Of a stretch of 64,000 nucleotides of DNA, positions 53,615 to 64,000 are shown in pieces. The position numbers and the translations under genes are program-made. A model generated the notes under the pieces. That model was not told the origin of the DNA. It made no database searches and saw only the letters and a program-made list of their open reading frames with translations. The stretch lies in assembly GCA_963779615.1 (NCBI GenBank), contig CAVZZA010000005.1:192001-256000 (forward strand). The letters are read 5' to 3'. Each line of letters starts with the position of its first letter. The first letter of the stretch is position 1. This DNA comes from an uncultured Nitrososphaeraceae archaeon. GTDB taxonomy: Archaea; Thermoproteota; Nitrososphaeria; Nitrososphaerales; Nitrososphaeraceae.

Positions 53615-54409
53615 CTATCTAACACCATTGGGATTCCGCTCCGCACTGTTCTTAAGGCTCAATGCTAGGGGATTGCCAGGCTCGATCGCAAGTACCTTGT
53701 CAAAGTGTGCAATCGCATCATTGTTTTTCCCCAAACTGTAAAGTGAAAGTCCCTTGTTGAGAAGGGCATCAACATTTTGCGGCTCAATTTTCAGTGCCTT
53801 GTTGTAAGACGATACCGCCCCCTCAAAGTTGTGCAACTGGGAAAGTGCCCGCCCCTTGTTAATCAAGGCCTGTATGTCATTTGGGTTTATGGACAGTGCC
53901 TTGTCGTAGTATTTTATGGCCTCGTCAAACTTTTTTAGGCTGTCAAATGAAATGCCCTTGTTAACCAGTATGCGGGTGTCGTTTGGGTCTATCGACAGGG
54001 CCTTCTCGTAGTATTTGATGGCCTCGTCAAACTTCCCCAAACTGACCAGGACTGCTGCCTTGTTGTTTATCGCATTTTTGTTGTTTGGGTCTATCGACAG
54101 GGCCTTCTCGTAGTAAACCATCTCTTCGTTGAATCTGCCCAAACCGTCCAAGGATATACCCTTGTTTATCAACGCAAGCACATTGCTTGGGTCTATCGAC
54201 AGGGCCTTGTCCAAAACGGGCAGGGCATCATCAAACCTTCCCATACTGTTGAGAATTACTCCCTGCTCAATCAGCTTGGTGGCATTTCCCATAGTATTTG
54301 CAAACGAATGTTGGTCAGGTACCCCAAGGGACAAATTGGAGAGAATAAACATCAGAGTCAGTGCAAAGAACATTGATGACATTGGAAATGTCTGAAAAAA
54401 CATAACCAT
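53615..54409 (-). CDS. Secreted TPR-repeat protein
   Basis: About six 34-aa TPR units (NKG..L..LG.F.EA..YY.KAL.IDP). Confidence 0.93.
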   Translation of the reverse strand: MVMFFQTFPMSSMFFALTLMFILSNLSLGVPDQHSFANTMGNATKLIEQGVILNSMGRFDDALPVLDKALSIDPSNVLALINKGISLDGLGRFNEEMVYYEKALSIDPNNKNAINNKAAVLVSLGKFDEAIKYYEKALSIDPNDTRILVNKGISFDSLKKFDEAIKYYDKALSINPNDIQALINKGRALSQLHNFEGAVSSYNKALKIEPQNVDALLNKGLSLYSLGKNNDAIAHFDKVLAIEPGNPLALSLKNSAERNPNGVR

Positions 54410-54564
54410 TTGCTGAAAAAGGACACTGATAACAAATAAAAACGTTGTATCACGTCCGGAGGTACATATATGGCCATCAAGAATTTATGCATGTTCCCCT
54501 TTCCCCTAAAACCATCAGGTTGGGAAAATGTAAATAAGGCACTTGGCACGCTAACATTGTTACA

Positions 54565-55284
54565 ATGAGTTTAAATTTATTTTTCTTGACAATTATTCTC
54601 TCTTTATCTATAGTGTTTGGTGTCTCTAGTGTGTTAGCCTTCCCTCTTGCGTTTGGTCAGGTATCGCCGCCTTCCGCAACCGTTAACGGTAGCACTTCAA
54701 ATGGCTCTGCCGTAACCACCGACAATGGCACAAGGGGTTTGGATTCACCAAATGTTATCAAAAAATTGGAGGGTGTCGCTTCCCTATCAAACATCGTGGG
54801 AATAAGCATGGTTGACGGGGTCAAACTTAGCGGAGTGAGGTTGGGGGACACTGACGTGTCTGTAACCCTAAGGTACCAACCACTCCAGCCCAGCCTTGCA
54901 AACAAGTCATTGCCCGTGACCGTGATTGTGACAAAGCTGCCTGTGGCTAACCTTACTCAATTGATATCATTGGTTGAATCCTCCAAGTCCATGGCTATGT
55001 CAACAAGCAATGCAGGTTCCATAGACTCTTTGCTCGGCCAACAGGGGACGAATTCCATGATGGGTAACAATGCACTGCAAATACTGTCTTTGGTTAAAAA
55101 CATCCAGCTTGGGGCCGGCAGCATAGTCACAGGCAATTGGTCATTACCCCAAACCATTTCCATGGGTCTGCTTGGAAGCATGAGAGGGGGAGCGGAAGCA
55201 TCTGCCGTACCAAATGATTTTGTCACCGTGGTGGTTGTTCCTTTTTCGGGTGAGAGTTCTTTTCCGTCCGTTTCACTAAATTAG
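54565..55284 (+). CDS. Secreted hypothetical protein
   Basis: Signal peptide ending AFG-Q; intact 239-aa ORF. Confidence 0.7.
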   Translation: MSLNLFFLTIILSLSIVFGVSSVLAFPLAFGQVSPPSATVNGSTSNGSAVTTDNGTRGLDSPNVIKKLEGVASLSNIVGISMVDGVKLSGVRLGDTDVSVTLRYQPLQPSLANKSLPVTVIVTKLPVANLTQLISLVESSKSMAMSTSNAGSIDSLLGQQGTNSMMGNNALQILSLVKNIQLGAGSIVTGNWSLPQTISMGLLGSMRGGAEASAVPNDFVTVVVVPFSGESSFPSVSLN

Positions 55285-55689
55285 CAATTTATGTGCGGTA
55301 AAGCAGTTTTACCACAAGTTGCAAAAAAATTCGCTTTTATTTTTTTTCCAAAGAGATAGGTAAAATACTATATATTATCCTCCTCTCTCCGTATTCCCTC
55401 GTTTATGGTGATGAAAGAGCAGCATTAAACCAATAAGCCCAAATTGATGCTACTAGACCTATAGTCCATATTTTGTACAAGTCCTTTGGTTAGTAAAACA
55501 TTTGTGATTATGTTATTGATTTAACAGGATAACCATCTGAGCAAGATTGATAAATTAGAAATGTAAACTTAAGACATATATGGATTATGTTTCAAACCTA
55601 ATTTACAGCCATTAAACTAAATCAAGAAAACAACTGTTACTAGAAAAAAGAAAAACATTGTGCTTTACACTGAATTGTGTATCACCTCA

Positions 55690-56300
55690 TGCTGAGGATC
55701 CTGCCTTTGCTGGTGGTGGTGGACTCCACGTTCCAACCAGAACCGTTTGGCTTGGCAAATGCAGACGCAAGGATAGCCTGAATGAATCTCGGGTGCAGGT
55801 AACCAGTTGGATTCTTTCTCCAGACTCCAGACCAGGGTTTGCGTTATGTATGTAAATATCAGGTGAGCCATCACTGTTGTCCTTTAATACTGTGCATGGT
55901 CCTGTGCATGGGCTTGCGAGGTAACGAGTTATTTGATTGTTCACAAAATAGGAAGCGGTGACACATATTGATGCGGACCAAAAGCCATGTACTGGCGGTT
56001 GCGGCGGTCCTGGGTCAAAATGAATCACATGACTGTTATTTCCGTTTAGCGATTTTCCTTCACTGTCTGTGAATGCAGGTGGACAAATAGCTTCCTGGCC
56101 TAAATTAATATCGTGTCCACCTTTTGTAACCCCTGCACGGAAAAGATAACCAGTCCCATAAAGCCCTTCGTTTGTACTCTGCCACCCATTTACCGGTGTT
56201 CCTAAATTAGGTACTTGTACTGCAATCAGTTTTTCACCTCTGTTATACCGGTTGGAAGGGCTTTTTTATTGTGTCATTTGGCCTGAGTTGATTTGTTTTA
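55690..56300 (-). pseudogene. C-terminal (DUF1214) half of a decayed DUF1254/1214 gene
   Basis: EKLIAVQVPNLGTPVNGW, HFDPG.PQPPVHGFWS, DGSPDIYI, LRLHLP and GTWSPPP match 39621..41204. Confidence 0.8.
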
Positions 56301-56508
56301 GGAATCTGAAATCCATATTTGAGGGGAGACATTTATCAGGGCCATTAAAGACCCCCGTTTGACACCATACAAGCTGATTATCCCGGGTGCAAAGTGGGAT
56401 GCAATGCATCAATAATGCACTTTTTCCCAGATCTGTTAGCTTAAGAAAATACCCCTCTATTGTGTTGGTCAATGAATAAGTTAAACCAACTACTGATAGG
56501 GCTTAATT

Positions 56509-56950
56509 TCATTCCTTTCTTTTGCATGGAAAATAATCATCAAAGTCTTCCGTTCTATCTCCTATATGCCGCATAGTTCTTTCAATCATGTTTCTCTCGT
56601 AGGGTGAATGAATGTGGTGGTCAATATATAAAATCTCTAAAAACCTGCAATCTTGTGGATAACAGGTGCCACCATCGGTTGAAACAGGATGTTTTCCATA
56701 TGCATGTACAATCTTCGGTAAAAAACGCTCTGCAACCATGTTTCTTTCCTTGGATATGCTTATTGCAGGGATTTCTTTGTCTTGTTGTTCAATAGCAACA
56801 CATAACCAGATGAACCCAGGGCCGATATTGATGATGATTTTGTCAACAATACGTTCTTATCATATCTGTTCCTTTTTTTGGCGTTTTTTTGGTCTCTGAT
56901 TTTGTATCCGTTTCCATACAGGAACATAGATTGGGCATTGTCCTTTTTTT
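56509..56950 (-). mobile_element. Degenerate IS6-family transposase remnant
   Basis: ERNMVAERFL, HPVSTDGGTCYPQDC, IERTM and DRTEDFDDYFPC motifs. Confidence 0.85.
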
Positions 56951-57299
56951 TACATGTGGTGAACATAAGCGGTGTTTCTGAATGAGAGCAGAAAGTATAA
57001 TCATGACCTATCGTCAATAAGCTGAAGGTGTCCTGATTCTGTGGTTCATAAAGACATAGGGCATGTTCGAGTGATAGGTTTTCCTCAAGTTAACAAATCC
57101 CATCTCCTTAGTGATTGACCACATCTTACAGCATCAATATGAATAGGAAGTCTTCAGAAAAAACGGTATTTAGGATTCAACAGCACAAGTCCTCAAATCT
57201 TATCCAGCGTATTGTTATTTTGGTAACAACTGAAAAATAAAGTCCATTTGAGATGTGAAGCCAGATGATAATAACTTTTTATGGAACCATGTTTATTGG

Positions 57300-58190
57300 C
57301 TACGGTGTATTGCCCTGAGGATCCCCCTCTCCAGTATCTGGCAAAACTGGATTTGCAGTGTCTCCGCCGTTACCATCCTCTATGGTATTCAGTACTTTGC
57401 ACGGTCCAGACAGTGTGTCACCATTTGTTGGGTTGTAATCCATTACAATGCTTCGGGCCAGGCCTGCAGCGGGTAGAGGACAGTCAAAGGTATTTGCACC
57501 TGCACCACCATACATAACTGTACTGGATAAACCCGCGAATAATTTGTCGTTTCCATCCCCGCCTATCAACAAAGAATCGCCCCCACCTGCAAGCAGCACA
57601 TCATCACCCTTACCTCCATCAATCAAGTTATTTCCTAATCCGCCTATCAACAAATCGTCATCATTTCCCCCATACATTCTATCATTGCCTCCACCCGCAA
57701 AAACAAGATCATTTCCATCCTCAGAATAAATCACATCATCTCCTCCATTAGCATAAATGATATCATCTTCATTACCTGATTTGACGGCATCGTCACAGCT
57801 TGTTCCAATGCTCAAGTGATTTTCCTTCTCCACCTGGCCAGATCCCCCCCTTATTGAATCCAATGCGCAGCCCATGTCACCAATGCCAGAAATGATGCTT
57901 GAAATGTTTCCTACCAACTCCCTAATGTTGCCAAAGAATCCACGATCATTTGACAATCCTAATCCAGTCAGCGGGTTACTGGGCATTGAGACATCTTTCA
58001 CAGCTATTGAGTTATCGTCATTTGACAAGGTGGAGCCGCCCGGTATTGAAATCGATAATCCTGAAACAACAGGGGTAGTGCCAATGGCTTTATTGGATAA
58101 ACTAGAAAAACCAAACACAATGACTAGAATCAATATTGTTATGGAAACGATATTCAACATTAATAAGGGTAGATTAACTGATATATGCAT
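57300..58190 (-). CDS. RTX/hemolysin-type Ca-binding repeat protein
   Basis: Tandem GGxGxDxUx nonapeptides; N-terminal TM/signal helix. Confidence 0.88.
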   Translation of the reverse strand: MHISVNLPLLMLNIVSITILILVIVFGFSSLSNKAIGTTPVVSGLSISIPGGSTLSNDDNSIAVKDVSMPSNPLTGLGLSNDRGFFGNIRELVGNISSIISGIGDMGCALDSIRGGSGQVEKENHLSIGTSCDDAVKSGNEDDIIYANGGDDVIYSEDGNDLVFAGGGNDRMYGGNDDDLLIGGLGNNLIDGGKGDDVLLAGGGDSLLIGGDGNDKLFAGLSSTVMYGGAGANTFDCPLPAAGLARSIVMDYNPTNGDTLSGPCKVLNTIEDGNGGDTANPVLPDTGEGDPQGNTP

Positions 58191-59228
58191 TCTTCAGTTT
58201 TGATGTTCATTATAAAACTATTATATAGTATAATTCAAAACTATCTTAATATTATGTCAATATATAGTGCCTTTACATTTCAATCGAAAAAGATTTTAAA
58301 AAATTATTTGACGGTAATCTCTGTTAGTATTGTTTTTTCTCTGGCCGCGGCTTCTTGTTTTTTATCCGGCAACGAAACATTGCAACAGCCCATACTGGCA
58401 CAAAACATCTCATCGCCGTTATCTGATACCACTATAAAGAAATTATTTGACATTGCAACAAGTTCATTGCAACAAAGCAACATTGACGAAACAAAAAAAG
58501 TGCTCGAATTGATCCAATCAAGTTTGCCAAAGATGGATACAAACGCATCACTATCCTTGGCCAATACAAAGATGTTCGTAAATGATGCGATCGAGTCTGT
58601 CAATAGTAAAAACATAACCAAGGCTTTAAGTTACATATCTTTAGCTACAAAGAATTTGGATGGTTTACAACCAAATAACAACAACAACACTTTACAAAAC
58701 ATGGCAGCAGTAAAAAAGGATGATTTTAAAACATATGACAACTCTCTCACGGGAATACGGATGGTCTACCCTAAAAATTGGACAGTAATTGAATACAGGT
58801 ACAATCCTATATCTAATAACACAATAGCAGGCTTCTACTCTAACGGAAAAACCAGCTCTGAGCTAGGTAACATATCCGGGGTTTCCGGAAACTTTGTACC
58901 ATATTTAGACGTGTTTGAGTTTAATTCAAAAAACATGTCCTTGAATGACATATCTCAGGGGATAATGAACAAGTTTAGTAACACCACCAAATTTGCAATT
59001 GAGGAATCAAAACCAATTCTCCTGAGGAACAACAAACAAGGGTTTGAATTAACATATGATGTCAACGTGGGAAATGGGGAGCATTTGAGAAAACTTCAAG
59101 CATACACACTGATAGGCGATAAGGCATACACTATTTCCTTTACATCGCAAAGGGACTTGTTTGCTGATTATTTGCCCATTGCACACGAAATGATTAACTC
59201 ATTTGAATCAACTAACAAAACAAAGTAA
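58185..59228 (+). CDS. Secreted PsbP-like domain protein
   Basis: FKTYDN..GIRMVYPKNW ... DKAYTISF...F..YLPIA.EMINSF; true start probably downstream. Confidence 0.8.
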   Translation: MHSSVLMFIIKLLYSIIQNYLNIMSIYSAFTFQSKKILKNYLTVISVSIVFSLAAASCFLSGNETLQQPILAQNISSPLSDTTIKKLFDIATSSLQQSNIDETKKVLELIQSSLPKMDTNASLSLANTKMFVNDAIESVNSKNITKALSYISLATKNLDGLQPNNNNNTLQNMAAVKKDDFKTYDNSLTGIRMVYPKNWTVIEYRYNPISNNTIAGFYSNGKTSSELGNISGVSGNFVPYLDVFEFNSKNMSLNDISQGIMNKFSNTTKFAIEESKPILLRNNKQGFELTYDVNVGNGEHLRKLQAYTLIGDKAYTISFTSQRDLFADYLPIAHEMINSFESTNKTK

Positions 59229-59659
59229 CCAAAGACGCAGGTGGGAATCACCTTGTCTTTAACCACAACAATGTCATTTTTTATTGTTGTCCTTTTATTA
59301 CACAGACTTTAAAAGACAACACGTCTTTTAGAACATTATTACTGCAATGGAACGTAAAAACTATTTGTTCCAATTGCTTATTTAACGGGTTATGCACATC
59401 CAAAAGGCAAAAATATGCAAATAAAAACAAAGGATATGTAAAAAGTAACAACATCAACAATAAACTACCCATCGAAAATAAAGGTCATGTTACATATACA
59501 CATGGCTATCTCATGCTGTAGCCATCTTACAATTTGCACAGGCGGATTGTGATATTCCCCCGCTTAAGACTTGGCTCTGTCATGTACATTTTGAGCGCAA
59601 GATTAAATGTGGCATCATAAGGAAATGGAAACCGGTTGGACTCTGTCTTTTCTAGGATT

Positions 59660-60600
59660 GTCATCCATATCCCTCGATTTCATCAGAGCTTTATGTCTGT
59701 TTTGGGCATGAAGGATGGTTTTGGTGGCGATGGGAAAGTAGACTGGACTGATGACAAAGAGGATGAGAATTACGCAACCTCAGACATTGGTGTTGTTGTT
59801 GGAATATTGGTATTGTCTTTGCCTTGAAATACTGAAAGAGGTGTTATTCCAAGTTTATCTTTTAGAAATCAGAGGTTTGTCACAGCTTGTGAACTTTTGA
59901 TTAGCATGCGTAAAGATATAACCATGGTGTTTGGAGGCGACTTAATCCCTCCATAGGCCCTGCAATATTGTGGGCAACAGCACCAACATCCCCATCAAGA
60001 CCCCACAACAAGGTAATTGCCCCATGAATTAATGTCCTGTGAATTAAAGTCCCATGAATTAATGTTAGTGCGCGTTTCCATGTAAAAGAAATTATTGGCA
60101 TATGCACCGAAAACTACAGCAAATAATGTCGGCCAGAAACTATACGCACCTGTAGGACCAAAGGATCATTCTTCAAACCTATCCATGTCACTCTATAGAG
60201 AGCATCTGCGTTTGGACTGGCAACGTCGGTCGGTAACACTAGCATTAGTCAGATCACCAAAAAGATGGAAAATATTGAACGAGGCGTGTGAATGACGAGA
60301 GAGCGGGGGTCGATCACAAAGTCAGTTAGTCTCATCCAACGAACAGGAGGTTATCCCCAAATGTAAGCCAATGTTGCAATATCCGTTGGATTATTAGAGC
60401 CTCCAAGCCTTTTGATTTCTCCAGACAGTTCCATAGTGGCCAAAGGCCTTGAGGATAATGACGCTGTCATGTTATTATTGGATGATGCGTTGTTTGATTA
60501 GAGACAGATTTTGTTGATTATGGTGTTGATGGTGTTATCACCAGGATATAATAATTAAAAAGCATGCAGAAGTAAAACCATTTTTCGTGCCGATTCAAAT
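59660..60600 (-). pseudogene. N-terminal (DUF1254) half of a decayed DUF1254/1214 gene
   Basis: DIATLAYIWG*, SPNADALY, AYANNF, ITPLSVF and PPKPSFMPKT.IK match the N-terminal half of 39621..41204. Confidence 0.75.
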
Positions 60601-61212
60601 CATCCACCGGTTTACTCATTTAGAGCATATTTACATATTTTTTTAGTAAGGATTGTTCATCATAATACGAACTTGAGAGTGAAATACAATCATTAAAAAC
60701 ATGCGTTCAAAAAACAGCTGTATTTAGAAAATGCAAACACTATCACAAATACAAATTATCTTAAAAACCACAACATATCACACTCAAAAATATTTAATGG
60801 CATCATCATCATTAGTTGATATTATCCAATTTTAGCAATTAATTGTAACCTGTAAGGCGTTTAATGAAATAAAATCATCTTAAAGACAGTTCACTTGAAA
60901 TATTTTTGATAGGCATACCACAGATTGCATATGGGAATTTACAAGCAGACAACAAGTTACAAACATAACAGGATCATTCAAGATTCAAGTCAAAACCGAT
61001 CGTTTACAACATTGACAAGAATAGTCAAGTTTAACAGGTTAGTGGGATTAGTTGGGGCCAAAGTAACAAATCATTGAGTTTTGTTTTTTTCTATGTCACA
61101 CCAAATCCACTTCATTTCCTTCTCTAAACACAATTAACAAAAAAAAATCAATAGGCTTTACATGCTATCATTTTACGGTCATGGATTGTTGGAGACAAAA
61201 ATAAAAGATTGT

Positions 61213-61944
61213 TTAAGATACAGGAACGGGTGTGTTTCCGCTTACACCGCTTGAACTATCAGTTTCTCCAGAGTCAGGCAATAAAAATTTGCTGGCATCC
61301 GAATTGCTGTTTCCTATTGTATTTATTATTTTGCAGGGGCCGGATAATGTGTCACCATTGGATGGGTTATAATCCATCACAACGCTTCGTGCCAGGCCCG
61401 CAACCGAAAGAGGACAATCGAAATTATTGGCACCTTTGCCTCCATACATCACCGTTGTTCCTGTTCCTGCAAATAGCTTATCATTACCATCCCCCCCTAC
61501 TAACAGTGTATTCGTTATTCCTCCGATTATAGTATCATCCCCATCTCCGCCATCGGCATATTTACCACCGCCAACAACTACCAAATCGTCATCATCACCA
61601 GCGTAAATCTGGTCCCCTAATGCTCCATATACTACATCATCGCCATCCTTTGCCAACACCAATGCCTTTATCCCGCCATACAATATATCATCATCATCCG
61701 TACCTTCACAAGGCACCAATGCGGCGCAAGTTATGACATTTCCAAACTTGACTATTCCTGATGCAATCTCGATGCCACTTATTTTGTCATTAAGATTTTT
61801 GACGTTAGTCACTCCCAAATCTGAATTGTCGTCGTCGTCGTCGGCCATTGCAGAACTGACTGTAGAAAACACCCCGAGGAAAAGGGCAGAAGTAAATAAT
61901 GGTAGTAAAATTACTAGTACAGATGTAAGGGGCTTTATTATCAA
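61213..61944 (-). CDS. RTX/hemolysin-type Ca-binding repeat protein, paralogue
   Basis: GGDGxDxUx repeats; C-terminal FDCPL..AGLARS.VMDYNP.NGDTLSGPCK shared with 57300..58190. Confidence 0.88.
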   Translation of the reverse strand: MIIKPLTSVLVILLPLFTSALFLGVFSTVSSAMADDDDDNSDLGVTNVKNLNDKISGIEIASGIVKFGNVITCAALVPCEGTDDDDILYGGIKALVLAKDGDDVVYGALGDQIYAGDDDDLVVVGGGKYADGGDGDDTIIGGITNTLLVGGDGNDKLFAGTGTTVMYGGKGANNFDCPLSVAGLARSVVMDYNPSNGDTLSGPCKIINTIGNSNSDASKFLLPDSGETDSSSGVSGNTPVPVS

Positions 61945-62376
61945 TTAAAGATATTTGACCGATCTAATTTATTAATGTTTTAATAAATTTTACTATTCGA
62001 CATTTCCCAAAAAAGATCATAAAATTATTTGACAGGCCTAAATCTAAAAAAAGGATTCTTGGAGTGATTTTTCATTGGATAACACTTTTATGCTATTGAC
62101 AGTGTATTGAATGACATAATGACATCCACTTTTACAAGCCCAACCGCGAGATAAACAATTTTCTGCGGATATGCCATTACCACCACAATGCTACACGGTC
62201 AATTATTTTGCAATATCACAATTGTTTATGCAAGAATGTCTAATAAACAGTAGCTTTTCTAGTTTGCGTTTTGCCAACAAAACACATTTGATGCAAAATT
62301 TTGGATTTGCTAACAAGCTTTAAGTTTTGTAAAGGAATCCACTTGACAGGGTAACGAAATTCAAAATGGTTTATGC

Positions 62377-63073
62377 ATGATGATCTTTGTTTCAAAACAA
62401 TGCCATTGGTTTTCATCCGTTCCTTTCGTTACTTACCCAGTTATCCCGGCACAGACAATTTGCATAATAGTCACAAGAAAAGATATTCCATTAGCATCCC
62501 TGCAAGGCAAAGGCCAATCCCAGGATAAACCAGAATCATCATCTCAAGGATTATTGGTGACAACCGGCCGATGCAAACTGTTTTGACCAACCTTTGCCGC
62601 TTTTAACGCTGACGCCATGAATAACGGGACATTCCATCTGCTAAAATGGAAATAGCGAGCAACATAGCTCCAGCCTACGATAATTTGATGAGTATAGATG
62701 TTAACCCAAATACAAACAGGGTATATGCGACAAGCTTGGGATCCTCCCCGCATCCACCACTGACCGCTAATCCGGGATTTGAACTGCCTGTTGGTTTGGT
62801 CTTGGTAATAGATGGCTCTACAAATAGGGTAGTATCCAACATTCCAGTAGTTTCCCCATCTGACACTGTTAATGCAAATACAAACAGGGTATATGCGAGT
62901 AACTCCTTTTCTGATTCTATTACACAATAGACGGCTCGTCAAACAGGGTAATAGGGAGTAATTCCATAACTGTAGGCAATTTTCCTCAAGCACTATCCGT
63001 TAACCCAAACACCAATAGAGTATACCTTGCCAATTCTTTTTCTGATACTGTTTCTGTAATATCTGATCCGTAG
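62377..63073 (+). pseudogene. YVTN/YncE-type beta-propeller repeat remnant
   Basis: Repeated VNPNTNRVY, VIDGSTNRVV and NSFSDTVSVI across broken frames. Confidence 0.75.
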
Positions 63074-63099
63074 TTAAACCAGAAACTGGCTGGCTTTGG

Positions 63100-63260
63100 A
63101 GCTGCCGGTATTTGCTTGGTTTTCGTATCTGGATTGAATATCTTCCCCTCCCGATGCAGATGGTCCTGAGATGGTAGATCATCGCCTTGTCCCGTTCCAT
63201 TTCCAGCCACGGTTCAGCCTGCACCATCTGATTCAGTGACTAAAAAAATCTCAGGTCGTA
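63100..63260 (-). pseudogene. Fragment of another DUF1254/1214-type gene
   Basis: YDLRFF*SLNQMVQAEPWLE.ERDKAMI..LRTI.I..GK.FNPD.KT resembles a bacterial DUF1254/1214 subfamily. Confidence 0.5.
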
Positions 63261-63796
63261 GCGGATGGAACCCGGGGACTGTCCTTTTTCAGGTTTCGGT
63301 AAATTCTTCAAGGCGTTTCCAAAAATGAAATTTTTACTCGGTGCTAAAATATATGAGTTCGTTTATGTTGTAAACAAGGAGAAGTTTAACGAATCACAAT
63401 ATAGTCATATGACAGAATCAATCAAACTTATGGATTGATGTCCCTTTATTTTTATGAGGGTTCATATAAACAAAGAATCTATTTTTTGTGATTCTGAAAC
63501 TATTTAAATATCTAAAATTTCTCAGTTTTCTGACAGACTCCTTTATGTTGTGGAGTGATTACCTTATCCCCACTCTTCGGGTGTTATCTAATCCATGCTC
63601 TTGTCCTTTAAAGAATCTGGCATACGAAATTGACGCTGCATGTCTTCCATGACTTTATCATGTGGAGTCTTGTATGTACGTGGAATCTTCTCAGCTTTCA
63701 ATTCGCTCTAGTCTGAAAATTTTTTTCCAACATTGGTACAATTAAAGTCAAAGGGATTACCTAAGTTTTCAGGTTTGGTAGTGTTTTTTCTTTCAA

Positions 63797-64000
63797 TTAA
63801 ATTCCTATCATTATTTCGGAGATACATCCTGCAAGTACTCGTAACGACCATGTGGAAAGTGGCAGGCCATAGTTCTGTCTTGGATTATTTGTTACCATTT
63901 CTATAATCCTTCTTTCTGCCTCTTCGTTTATCTTGACTGGTTTGCGTTTGTGTATTTTTGATACTGCCATCTATGCCCTTTCCATTGAACCGGTGTATCC
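63797..64000 (-). mobile_element. IS630-family transposase N-terminal remnant (runs off the window)
   Basis: IHRFNGKGIDG / IIEMVTNNPRQNYGLPLSTWSLRVLA. Confidence 0.7.

Noticed and set aside
60021-60065. Three 15-bp tandem units (cccatgaattaatgt) as an operator array
   Set aside because: They lie inside a DUF1254 pseudogene; local slippage is sufficient to explain them

Overview
Archaeal DNA, most likely from a soil ammonia-oxidising archaeon of the Nitrososphaeraceae (Nitrosocosmicus-like). This is inferred from Sec61beta, DUF2070, DUF99, an intron-containing tRNA and typical secreted-protein families; no amo genes are in the window. From about 2 to 9.9 kb lies an intact core block: Sec61beta, DUF2070, tRNA-Val, ahcY, mpg, a repeat-rich surface glycoprotein, SSB and tRNA-Leu(CAA). 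After tRNA-Leu comes a ~54 kb accessory region full of IS6/IS5/IS630 remnants, an integrase remnant, tRNA-like fragments and many pseudogenes. Its cargo includes: (i) a cupredoxin-like + two-domain multicopper oxidase + CadD cassette; (ii) three mosaic paralogues of a secreted protein with a shared Q/N-rich N-terminus, swappable C-terminal domains and a conserved ~340-bp non-coding leader; (iii) three copies of a ~200-bp GGAGACA/TGTCTCC iteron-like element; (iv) a sulfatase island with three formylglycine-type sulfatases, FGE, a HAD hydrolase and DUF1254/1214 proteins; (v) two RTX-like Ca-binding repeat proteins. No CRISPR array or rRNA was seen. All family calls come from motif recognition by eye, not database searches.
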